Made by a program: the position numbers and the translations under genes. 61,597 bases of DNA from positions 1-61,597 of the forward strand of contig CALXRZ010000002.1 in the NCBI GenBank assembly GCA_944391015.1. Reading direction: 5' to 3'. This document shows, in pieces, positions 49,468-58,726 of this stretch. Positions within the stretch are counted from its first letter, which is position 1, and each line of letters begins with the position of its first letter. This DNA is from an uncultured Clostridia bacterium (GTDB taxonomy: Bacteria; Bacillota; Clostridia; TANB77; CAG-508). Under the pieces are notes generated by a model. It was not told where the DNA came from. It was given only the letters and a program-made list of their open reading frames with translations, and did not search any database.

Positions 49468-49617
49468 GCAAGCAATGTAAGTTTTAAATTTTTCTTTGAG
49501 TGCTTAAGGTGGGGACCAACAAGCTTACAAACTGTAAAATGAAGCTTTAGCTGAATTTTTTACAGTTTGTGCGATGTTGGGGGCCGAAAAGAAAAATTTA
49601 AAACTTACATTGTTTGC
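49468..49617. repeat. 150-nt imperfect palindrome upstream of secA
   Basis: 29-bp arms GCAAGCAATGTAAGTTTTAAATTTTTCTT / AAGAAAAATTTAAAACTTACATTGTTTGC (1 mismatch) plus inner arms ACAAACTGTAAAA / TTTTACAGTTTGT. Confidence 0.8.
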
Positions 49618-49670
49618 AATAAATTTATATCATAATTCTTCTGTTACTAACATACACATCTATTAAGAAT

Positions 49671-49702
49671 TTTCAGCAATGGGGACGGACTCATTTTGTA
49701 AA
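49671..49702 (+). repeat. ACGG-loop hairpin motif, copy e
   Basis: TTTCAGCAATGGGGACGGACTCATTTTGTAAA; 43 nt before the ATG at 49746. Confidence 0.7.
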
Positions 49703-49745
49703 TATCATATTGTCCCACTTTTAATATGAGAAGAGGTTTGTATAT

Positions 49746-50291
49746 ATGTTTATTTTTAATTTTAAAATCAATGGAAACAAAACTGCAAAAATATTTATGG
49801 CAATATTATGTATTATTGTTTTAATAATTACAGCTTTTATTTGCTACAAGGTTATTTTCAACAATTTTTTTAAAACAAATGATACGTATCTTTCAGAAAA
49901 TACGGTTTATACTATCGAGGCAAGAAATTACACAAATGTGCTTCAGCAAGTACACAATGATATTGATACTTATGTTGGTCAAAAAATAAAGTTTACAGGG
50001 TATGTTTACAGAATATATGATTTTACTGATGAGCAATTTGTATTGGCAAGAAATATGATAGTATCTTCAGATTTTCAAACTGTGGTTGTTGGCTTTTTGT
50101 GTCACTATAATTTAGCTAAAAATTTTGAAACAGGCTCTTGGGTAGAAATTGAGGGAACAATTACCAAAGGTAACTATTATGGAGATATGCCAATCATTGA
50201 AATAGAAGAGATTAAGCAAGTAGATGTACCAGATGAAGAGTATGTATATCCACCAGATGACAGTTTTGTTACTACTTCTACTGTGTTATAA
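49746..50291 (+). CDS. Hypothetical membrane-anchored protein (weak DUF1980/TIGR03943-like resemblance)
   Basis: N-terminal TM; the C-terminal domain pattern is only loosely reminiscent. Confidence 0.55.
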   Translation: MFIFNFKINGNKTAKIFMAILCIIVLIITAFICYKVIFNNFFKTNDTYLSENTVYTIEARNYTNVLQQVHNDIDTYVGQKIKFTGYVYRIYDFTDEQFVLARNMIVSSDFQTVVVGFLCHYNLAKNFETGSWVEIEGTITKGNYYGDMPIIEIEEIKQVDVPDEEYVYPPDDSFVTTSTVL

Positions 50292-50434
50292 GATTTATTT
50301 TAACTAACTAAAAAAGACCGTTACAGGTAGAAGCTTTTTTTAGCAGTCTATTGTAACAGTCCTTTTAGTTCAGAGTGATTTTCATAATTATTTACAATTT
50401 TTTATCTTAACAATTGATATAAACATTTATATAT

Positions 50435-50872
50435 TTATTTTTTTAATATACTGGTTATTTTATTCCATATTTTTTTAAACAATGATTGTTTATATTTAAC
50501 CATTGGTAATTCAATAACTTTTTCTTTTTTATCAGATTTGCTAAATAAATTATCTGGATTATACATTTCTCTTTTCATTAATTCATCTTGTATATCATTA
50601 TATTTTTCTTTTAACTTTATTTTATCTTTTTGCTCAGGTGTAGCCCAGTAATCTTTAAATAATATAGCTAAAATTATTTTTGTTTCCTCTAAAATAGGTT
50701 GCTTTTCAAAATTTGCTTCTGTAATTGTATACTCATAATTTATATCTTTATATTTTATAAACATATCTATCAATTTTGAGGGGATTTTTTTATATTCTTC
50801 AATACTTATATTGTTTAAAATTGTTAATGTTTCAGTATATGCTCGTGGTATATTATTAATGTCAACCATCAT
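50435..50872 (-). CDS. Hypothetical 145-aa protein, downstream partner of 50872..51753
   Basis: TAATG stop/start overlap; AAGGAGG RBS 7 nt upstream inside the preceding gene. Confidence 0.7.
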   Translation of the reverse strand: MMVDINNIPRAYTETLTILNNISIEEYKKIPSKLIDMFIKYKDINYEYTITEANFEKQPILEETKIILAILFKDYWATPEQKDKIKLKEKYNDIQDELMKREMYNPDNLFSKSDKKEKVIELPMVKYKQSLFKKIWNKITSILKK

Positions 50873-51753
50873 TATCTATCCTCCTTTTGAATTAGTTCAT
50901 TATACATTTTATCTAAATAATCGTTCAATATTTTTTCCATTACTCCTAGGTCATCATCTAATCTAGTTCCGAGAATAGTTACTTTACCAATTGATTGAGT
51001 AGAATATGCTGAAGATCTTTGTGGCAATTCTATTCCACTACATTGTTTTCTTACATCATTTTCATCTAATATTGGTAAATCAAGAGTATTAAAGTGGTTA
51101 ATTACATCCATAACGTCTAAATCGTCTTTCCCTAGCTTTGTTTTATAATAAACCTCTACCATTTTAGCTAACTCGCTATCAATTTTATTTTTAATTAGCT
51201 GTATTCTCTTCTCTCTAGCAAAAGAGTCTAATGACTCATCCTCCAATATTGTATTGAGTTGATTTAATAATTCATCAAAATCATTTGGCACCTCAATTCC
51301 AATTTTTGATAAAACAGCAAGTGCACTTTTAGCAATAGGTACAATACTTTCATATGCTGGTTTTCCTAGAATCGATAATTGACTAATTTTCTTTTTACGT
51401 ATATTTGAATTTACTATAATTCCTGATATTCGATTTTTTGGTATCTCATCAAACACAAATGCTTCATCAGGATAACCAGAATCGTGATTTGTTTCGCTAG
51501 CTAATGTATATGAAACGTTTCTTATGTAAAAAGATATTCCTCCATCCATTATATATACTCTTAATGCACCAAAATTATCTTTATGTGGTATAGCAACTGA
51601 AATATTATTTTGCCCATTATAACACCACGTACCATTTACTTCAAATCCATCTATCTTATTACCTTTGTTTGCTGAAAGTATACCTGTATTCATTATGCTT
51701 TCATATCTCAATAAATTTTCTCCAATACCGTGATAGCAAAAACCATTACTCAT
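50872..51753 (-). CDS. Hypothetical 293-aa protein with ADP-ribosyltransferase-like sequence patterns (speculative)
   Basis: Start set at the ATG after GAGGAGG (residue 11 of the track ORF); N-terminal FCYHGIGENLLRYESIMNTGIL and later DEAFVFDEIPKNRISGIIV. Confidence 0.65.
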   Translation of the reverse strand: MSNGFCYHGIGENLLRYESIMNTGILSANKGNKIDGFEVNGTWCYNGQNNISVAIPHKDNFGALRVYIMDGGISFYIRNVSYTLASETNHDSGYPDEAFVFDEIPKNRISGIIVNSNIRKKKISQLSILGKPAYESIVPIAKSALAVLSKIGIEVPNDFDELLNQLNTILEDESLDSFAREKRIQLIKNKIDSELAKMVEVYYKTKLGKDDLDVMDVINHFNTLDLPILDENDVRKQCSGIELPQRSSAYSTQSIGKVTILGTRLDDDLGVMEKILNDYLDKMYNELIQKEDR

Positions 51754-51816
51754 AAAAATATATACCTCCTCTATACGATACATAATATATCATAGTATAT
51801 ATTTTTTTGCAACCAT

Positions 51817-51847
51817 TTTACAATTTAAGCCCGTCCCCTTTTGCAAA
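51817..51847 (-). repeat. ACGG-loop hairpin motif, copy f
   Basis: Reverse complement identical to copy b over 29 nt; 1 nt after the ytvI-like stop. Confidence 0.8.
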
Positions 51848-51848
51848 T

Positions 51849-52944
51849 TTATCTCTCTAATATAGATTTAACAACTCCTTTATCAATTATTGTTCCATAT
51901 ATGTTTTTTAGTATTATTAGTACTATTGGTCCAAAGAGTAAGCCCCACACTCCTATAAATTTAAAGCCTGTATACATTGCAATTAGTGTAAATATAGGAT
52001 GTATTCCGATACTACCACTAACTATTTTAGGTTCAACAAATTGTCTAACTATACTCATTACGCACCATAATGCAAAAATACCTATTGCTAATTTTAAATC
52101 TCCCGAAAAAGCCAAAATTACTGTCCAAGGTATCATTACAGTTCCAGAGCCGAATATAGGTAAGGCATCAACAAAGGCAATTCCGAATTGCAATTAGCAA
52201 AGGGAACTCTATATTCCAACCTAAAAAGTAAAAAATGTATAATCCTACTAATGAAATGAAGAATGATATTACTACTAATGTTAACTCTGCTTTTAAATAT
52301 CCACCTAATGTTTTTATTAAGGCACGTAAATGCACACCTATTCTTTTTACCCACGTTTCCGGCAAATGATGCTCTAATTGATCAATCATATATATTTTGT
52401 CTACACACATAAAATATAGTGCTATTAAAGTAATTACTGTATATATTCCAAGAGTTGGCATTGAGGTTATAAATTCTATTGTTTTGGTTAGTACTCCTTT
52501 TATCCAGTCTGTTACAGTATCTAAAAATTCAAGGCCAGAATTTTGAACTATATCCATTACCTCTTGTGGAATATTAAATTTACTTAAGTCTATACTTGAA
52601 ACAATGTTTTGAAAAATTTGACTTCCAGTATCTATATACACATTTATATTTGACATTAAATTAGATGTTTCTGTAACTAAAGTGGTAATTATCCAAATTA
52701 AAATACCTACGATTATTGCTATGGCTATAATAAAAATAATTATTGAACTTGTTCTTCTACTTAGCTTTACTTTTTTCATCAGTAACCTAATAATTGGTTC
52801 TAATAGCAAAGATATGACAAATGCAACTAAAAAAGGCATATAGAATACGGCTAATTTGAAAGCTAAATACACTACAACAATGCTTAAAACTAGTATAAAA
52901 ATATTTTTTATTATTTTATTTAAGTGGTTCATATCTACTACCAT
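51849..52944 (-). pseudogene. ytvI: AI-2E/PerM-family transporter (YtvI-like) split by a 1-nt frameshift
   Basis: Track ORFs 52168..52944 and 51849..52193 are the N- and C-terminal parts of one permease; removing the base at about 52185 gives ...PLLIAIGIAFVDALPIFGSG... Confidence 0.7.
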
Positions 52945-53095
52945 TATGTATTACTCCTTTGTTTTATAACTTGTCCTTTATTATATTTTATGCTTTTAAT
53001 TAAAATTTATTCATTTACCAGTTGTTTGGAACTGCATAAGTAGTTTTGTAAAATTATTTTAAGCTAGTACAAGAATGTTAAACAAACTAGGGAGA

Positions 53096-53470
53096 GATGC
53101 CTAAAAAAGCTAGCACACAGGTTTTCAAAAAAATTTCTGATTGTCCTGAATTATTTCAGTTAGCAGAGGTGTGTCTAAAAAAATAGTATGAAAAGATGGA
53201 ATTGAAAGTGACTTGAGCATACAAATACTAAGAAAATTTTGGTAGGGAATCTCGCACACTTGTGAGGGCGCTACCAAAATTTCTCATAGTATTTGTGCTA
53301 AACTCAGCTTGAACGACAGATTTTCATACTATTTTTTTAGACATATCTCTGCTAATTTTTTAAGCATTCTATTCCAAGTTTTTAGACATACCCCTGCTAA
53401 TTTTTTAAGCATTATATCCTAAGTTTCTAGACACACTGTGACACATACTGTGCTAGCTTTTTTAGGCATC
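53096..53470. repeat. 375-bp three-layer nested palindrome with an internal 45-bp tandem duplication
   Basis: Outer arms GATGCCTAAAAAAGCTAGCACA / TGTGCTAGCTTTTTTAGGCATC; middle arms related to the 8821/60976 cores; centre GAAAATTTTGGTAG / CTACCAAAATTTC; tandem units 53334..53378 and 53379..53423. Confidence 0.85.
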
Positions 53471-53569
53471 CTGCATTAAGCTTTTTAGAGACTTTTGTAC
53501 TAGAATACAAAAAACATTTTAAAAAACTATTTATTTTAAGTTCATATTACAAAGTATAGCAATCCAATT

Positions 53570-54007
53570 CTATTCAGCATTCTTCTTATCGCAGTCACAA
53601 ATATTTTCTAAAGTTGCATAAATTCCTTCTGGGTTTATTTCTTTGTTTTTTGCTAAATCTCCCAATGTTAGTATACCCACTATTTTGTTGTTTTCCATTA
53701 CAGGTATTCTTCTAACTTGGTTTGTTCCCATCATTTTTTCTGCATCGTTTACTTCTTGATCTGGAGTACAGCAAGTTACATTGCAAGTCATAATATCACT
53801 AACTGGCGTGTGCTTTATTTCTTTTCCACACCCAATTGTTCTTAGTAAAATATCTCTATCAGTTACTAAACCAACAACTTTTTTAGAGTCATCGCAAACT
53901 GGTATACATCCTATATGATTTTGACACATTAGTTTTGCACACTCTTCTGTATCGCAATCAGGCTTAACAAATACCACTTCTTTACACATACAATCTTTAA
54001 CTTTCAT
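53570..54007 (-). CDS. CBS-domain pair protein
   Basis: Two CBS repeats (IGCIPVCDD..VVGLVTDRDIL; VRRIPVMENNKIVGILTLGDL). Confidence 0.8.
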   Translation of the reverse strand: MKVKDCMCKEVVFVKPDCDTEECAKLMCQNHIGCIPVCDDSKKVVGLVTDRDILLRTIGCGKEIKHTPVSDIMTCNVTCCTPDQEVNDAEKMMGTNQVRRIPVMENNKIVGILTLGDLAKNKEINPEGIYATLENICDCDKKNAE

Positions 54008-54178
54008 TTTTTAATCACTCCTTATTTAAAACTTTAATGCTCAGATTTTAAATTTTCTAAGCTTTTTTTCAAACGTGCATATTTGCAAAAAAATGCACAT
54101 AAAATGAAGCTTCTTATCATATTATTGACTAAAAAAATAAAGATATGCAATTTAATATTACATATCTTGGAAATTTTT

Positions 54179-56452
54179 TCATTTTTTTAATTTTATGCTT
54201 TTTGCTAATGTTATTGTCACAATTAACGACATCACAAATAGCATTAGTATAAATAGGCAAATGCTTACAAGTGGTATTTGTAACTTTTCTAGTACAATAA
54301 TATTTTGCATAGATTTTACAATTATATATATTATTGGTATAGATATAATTATTGAAATAATTGTTGCTTTTGAAAACATATAAATATCTTCATATAAAAG
54401 AATGTTTTTAATATTCTTTTTCTGTGCACCTATATCACTTATTATTTTAAATTCTTGTTTTCTTTCACTTAAACTTGCATTTAAAATATTTACTGTGCTT
54501 ATAATTCCTATAATAATTATTGCAAGCAATATAGAATTTAACATTAGTTTTATAATATTTATATAAATTATTTTTTCCTGATTATCTAATGTATAATATG
54601 TAGCATCTATTTCAATATTTTGTTTTTGCTTAATATTCTCTATATAATTTGAAAATCCTATAATATTATCACATTTTATTCTTGCATAAGTAGCATCCAC
54701 ATCAGACCATATAAATTTTGTAATTTGATAGTTATTTGATAAATTATATTTTTCTACATCACTGTTTATTGATTGTAACATATCCATATTAACAAAAATA
54801 ATTGGTGCTTGATATTTTGTTGTAAAATCACTAAATTCTTCAAGCAAATGGTCTGTTAGAATTATGTTATTTTTTAGAGTATTACAATTTACTTTTTGGT
54901 ATTTATAATCCACACTATCTGTCATATAATTTGTTGCAATTAGACTAATTTGCAAATTATAATCTTCTTTAAAGGCTTTTTTAGAATAGTATGTTGTCGT
55001 AAAATCATCATTGATTTCGGCAATTGTTTTGTTGTTATAAATTATAATATCACCATAGATTCCTCCAGCTTTTTCAATATAATCCCTATACACTGTATCT
55101 TCCAAGCCAATAACTACCATATTTTCACTTTTTTTGCCATCATCATATGTGTCACTTGAATTTGTTAGTATAGCTTCTGTAGGTTCAATTAAAAAATTTA
55201 GCCCTGTCATTTTATATTCTATATATTTTAGATTATCACTATACTCTTTCTCATAATTACTTAGAATAGTTTTATAATCTATGTTTTGCTCAGTGTCAAC
55301 AGAAATTTGAGCATCCACTTTATATTTATCTACTAAACTTTCAGTTACTTCTTCATATTTAATGTAAGTGTTTACTGTTATATATGATGTTATGCATACT
55401 ACAAGAAGTATTATAATAGTTCTGTATTTATTTCGGTTTCTTTTTGCATCTCGTAATGCTAATTTTCCCTCTATTGGAAGAATTTTTTCTAAAAAGCTAT
55501 TTTTTCTTTTATATTTTATTTGTTTATTATTTCGAATATTTTGCATTATAGAAGTTGAGCTTGCTTTTACACTTGGTATTATTGATGAAATATATATGTT
55601 TATAATTATAATTACAAGTGATAGTAGTATATATTTTGCGTCTATGTATAAAGTAAATGTAAAACCAGAATTAAGCATAATGTTATTTAATTGATGTAAC
55701 AATACACTACTGAAAATTATGGAAAGCATTCCACCTATAATAATGCCTATTATCCCAATAATACATTCTTCTATGAAAATCATTTTTAGTATTTGTTTTT
55801 CTGTGCTACCAACACTTCTTAATACTGCATAATCTTTTTTTCGCTCATTTATGGTTATTAAAAATGCATTATAAAGTATTATTATAAACAATATTGAAAA
55901 TACTACTAAAACTAGCACTATTAGTAAGTCTACAATATATGAATAATTAGCTTGCATAGTACAAATAAGATTACCATTTATTCCAACACCAATTAAACCA
56001 TACATTGTTAGTAATTTTTCATTAAATTCTACTTTATTTGAAGCTTCTCGTACGTTGATGAATAGAGTGTTAACTATATCTGTAGAGTTTTTACATACAT
56101 CTTTTACATCGGTGTATTTTATAAATATGTTAAAGTTTTGAGCCGAATTTATAAAATACGGCTTCTCTAAAGTTTGTAATTCTCCATCATCAGTATATTG
56201 TATATATATTTTTTCTATAAAATCTTTATCTTTTATTTTATTAAAGTCGTTTGTACTAATATTTCTTATTATAATCTGATAGTCATTATACTCTGTTTCT
56301 AAACCACTTGTTATTCCTTTTTTTAGACTTGATATTACTAAAATTGTAGTGAATAATAGTGTAGTACATAATATAATTGAGATGATTGTATATATAGCTC
56401 TTTTATAATTTTTTTGTATATTGGCGGTCGCTAATTTGGTTTCTATTTTCAT
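54179..56452 (-). CDS. FtsX-like ABC transporter permease, no adjacent ATPase gene
   Basis: 757 aa, two blocks of TM helices separated by large external domains; typical N-terminus (ANIQKNYKRAIYTI). Confidence 0.7.
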   Translation of the reverse strand: MKIETKLATANIQKNYKRAIYTIISIILCTTLLFTTILVISSLKKGITSGLETEYNDYQIIIRNISTNDFNKIKDKDFIEKIYIQYTDDGELQTLEKPYFINSAQNFNIFIKYTDVKDVCKNSTDIVNTLFINVREASNKVEFNEKLLTMYGLIGVGINGNLICTMQANYSYIVDLLIVLVLVVFSILFIIILYNAFLITINERKKDYAVLRSVGSTEKQILKMIFIEECIIGIIGIIIGGMLSIIFSSVLLHQLNNIMLNSGFTFTLYIDAKYILLSLVIIIINIYISSIIPSVKASSTSIMQNIRNNKQIKYKRKNSFLEKILPIEGKLALRDAKRNRNKYRTIIILLVVCITSYITVNTYIKYEEVTESLVDKYKVDAQISVDTEQNIDYKTILSNYEKEYSDNLKYIEYKMTGLNFLIEPTEAILTNSSDTYDDGKKSENMVVIGLEDTVYRDYIEKAGGIYGDIIIYNNKTIAEINDDFTTTYYSKKAFKEDYNLQISLIATNYMTDSVDYKYQKVNCNTLKNNIILTDHLLEEFSDFTTKYQAPIIFVNMDMLQSINSDVEKYNLSNNYQITKFIWSDVDATYARIKCDNIIGFSNYIENIKQKQNIEIDATYYTLDNQEKIIYINIIKLMLNSILLAIIIIGIISTVNILNASLSERKQEFKIISDIGAQKKNIKNILLYEDIYMFSKATIISIIISIPIIYIIVKSMQNIIVLEKLQIPLVSICLFILMLFVMSLIVTITLAKSIKLKK

Positions 56453-56587
56453 TTGTTACTCCTTTTTTTGGATTAAAAATTAAATAAAAGGAAAGTTCAG
56501 AATCTGAACTTTCCCTAAAAACAAGGTAAATGTGTGAATTTAATTACAAATTAGAATTCAATAAACAGTATTAAACTATTTATGATT

Positions 56588-57043
56588 TTAGTTTGTAAAA
56601 TACAAGTCTACATCATATGGAGAGCCAGATGCAACTAAGTGGACTGATACTTCGTAATCTCCTGCAGGAAGTTTCGAAGTCCACGTCATAGACTTCAATT
56701 CATTATTAGCTGTAGCAGATATGTCTCGTACTTCTCCAGTACTCATATTTGTAAGCCTTATAATGACTCGTCCACTAGAATTAGTCCTTCCTACAGTCCA
56801 AGATACCGTCTTTGCACCTAAAGGCAGTTTAAATGTTCCCAAAACCTTGCCTTGGGTCAATTTTCCTGTGTAATGGTACTGCGCTACAAGACTAGTTGCA
56901 GCACGAGAAACGGCACTCATATCGCTATACTTAATTGCTTCATTGCCATCAAGACAATTAGGTTCAGCTGCAAATGCAGGAACACTAAAGCATACCAACA
57001 TCACAGCTAGCAAAGATACCAAAGCGACTTTAAAACGTTTCAT
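56588..57043 (-). CDS. Hypothetical secreted protein in a GC-richer islet
   Basis: Signal peptide ending PAFAAEP; a sampled line is about 43% GC. Confidence 0.6.
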   Translation of the reverse strand: MKRFKVALVSLLAVMLVCFSVPAFAAEPNCLDGNEAIKYSDMSAVSRAATSLVAQYHYTGKLTQGKVLGTFKLPLGAKTVSWTVGRTNSSGRVIIRLTNMSTGEVRDISATANNELKSMTWTSKLPAGDYEVSVHLVASGSPYDVDLYFTN

Positions 57044-57198
57044 CCTAAAAGTATACCTCCCTTAAAAGCCTTGAATCACACATTTACGCCCGTCTTTATC
57101 AATATTAACCATTGATGTTTATATAATAATATTTTTTTTTCAATTTGTCAATACTTTTTTCTACATTTATTTAACTCTTTCATTTTTTTGTGTACTTG

Positions 57199-57822
57199 TT
57201 AGACTTTTGTTTTAATAAAATTAGTCTTTATAGTTTCCTCATAAGCTGGTCTTGGTAAATTAGCTTTTTCCATACATTTTAAAATATAGGCCATATTTTT
57301 TCCTATATTTCTCATTGTTTGTAGTCCTTCTAGGTCTTGCATTGCTTCTTCCTTGTTGTTTCCGTGTATTTGATTCCAATATGAACTACCTACAACATAC
57401 ATATTGTTTATAAGTGGATATTTATTTAGTTGGTCGAATGTAGCAGTTGCTCCTCCACGTCTACAACTTGCAACTGAGCTACATACTTTGCCTGTAAAGT
57501 ATTTTCCACCAGCATAAAATGCTCTATCTAAAAATGAAGTAATAGCCCCTGAAGCTGATGCGAAATGTACAGGTGAGCCCAAAACAAAACCATCAGCTTC
57601 CTTGGCTTTATCTAAGAATTCATTTACCACATCATCTTCAAAACATCTATTATTTGTTTTTCTGCACTTTCCACAGCCTATGCAACCACGAATTGGTTCG
57701 TTTCCAAGCCATAATATTTCTGTTTCAATATTTTCCTTATTTAGTTCTTTTGCAATTTCTTCCAAAGCTAAATTTGTAGCACCATCTTTATGTGGTCCTC
57801 CGTTAACTAAAATTACTTTCAT
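57199..57822 (-). CDS. Flavodoxin-like FMN reductase / iron-sulfur flavoprotein
   Basis: MKVILVNGGPHKDG N-terminus, CIGCGKC cysteine cluster. Confidence 0.7.
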   Translation of the reverse strand: MKVILVNGGPHKDGATNLALEEIAKELNKENIETEILWLGNEPIRGCIGCGKCRKTNNRCFEDDVVNEFLDKAKEADGFVLGSPVHFASASGAITSFLDRAFYAGGKYFTGKVCSSVASCRRGGATATFDQLNKYPLINNMYVVGSSYWNQIHGNNKEEAMQDLEGLQTMRNIGKNMAYILKCMEKANLPRPAYEETIKTNFIKTKV

Positions 57823-57917
57823 TTGATTGCCTCCATTTTTTTTAATTTGTAATTGTATTACGTTTTTGGATAAACATTATCTAATGATATTACATTATAT
57901 GTTTTTGAAGAATTTTA

Positions 57918-58613
57918 TTACATAAGTCCATTCATTAGTGGTCGAGGAGTTTGTAAGCCCTGCATAGGTCCTCTTTGGTATGGTGGACGAGGTCTTGGTG
58001 GTCTATGTTGTGGCCTATTATTTCCCAATAATTGATTTAAAATCAAAATTTTTATTAAATCTCTAAGAGTTGTATTTCTTCTAACTTGCCTGTTTTGTGG
58101 AACTAAATTCTCATTTTCTTGTTTTTGCTTGCTTGATATATTTTCTGGTTTTACCCTAGTTTCTGTCAATCTTGAATTGTTTTCCACAGATGATGTCCTG
58201 TTTTGCTTTAATTGAGTTTGTACTGCATTGTTTTTGCTTGGCGAGCTAGAATTTGTACTTCTTTGTGAATTTTCTTTTTCACTAGGAACAGTAACTCGTA
58301 TGTTTACAGTGTCTTCCTCAAGGTTTGTATTTCCTTCTATATTTAGATATATTTCGTCTGTCATTTGTTCCACTAATTCTTTGGTGATTGGCTTAGTATT
58401 TGCCTCACAAATTTTACATACCATTGGATTAACTATTTTATATATTTCAGGGTACAAGTCTAACACATCATTACTATATTTAGGCATAGTATTTGCTGTA
58501 TATTCATATTCTTCCCCTAAATACTTGTATGTATTATTAGAATTAACCACACTATTTTGAGTTGGATAACCTAAAATACTTCTTATATAATCTTCATAAC
58601 TTTGATAATACAT
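57918..58613 (-). CDS. Hypothetical protein with a Pro/Arg-rich C-terminus
   Basis: ORF track; GGAGG RBS; no family recognised. Confidence 0.55.
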   Translation of the reverse strand: MYYQSYEDYIRSILGYPTQNSVVNSNNTYKYLGEEYEYTANTMPKYSNDVLDLYPEIYKIVNPMVCKICEANTKPITKELVEQMTDEIYLNIEGNTNLEEDTVNIRVTVPSEKENSQRSTNSSSPSKNNAVQTQLKQNRTSSVENNSRLTETRVKPENISSKQKQENENLVPQNRQVRRNTTLRDLIKILILNQLLGNNRPQHRPPRPRPPYQRGPMQGLQTPRPLMNGLM

Positions 58614-58726
58614 ATTATACCTCCTTAAAACTTTGTATATAATATGTATTATGCAATAGAAAGTGTGATTTTTTTATAAATCAAATTACATAAGTTTTTT
58701 CCGGAGGTAATGTATAAATTCTTGTG

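Noticed and set aside
53334-53423. 45-bp tandem repeats as a CRISPR array
   Set aside because: The units are directly adjacent with no spacers. They are part of a palindrome arm, and no cas genes are present.
57085-57110. Possible eighth, degenerate hairpin-motif copy (ATTTACGCCCGTCTTTATCAA)
   Set aside because: It shares only TTTAC and GCCCGTCT. It lacks the second arm and cannot form the stem.
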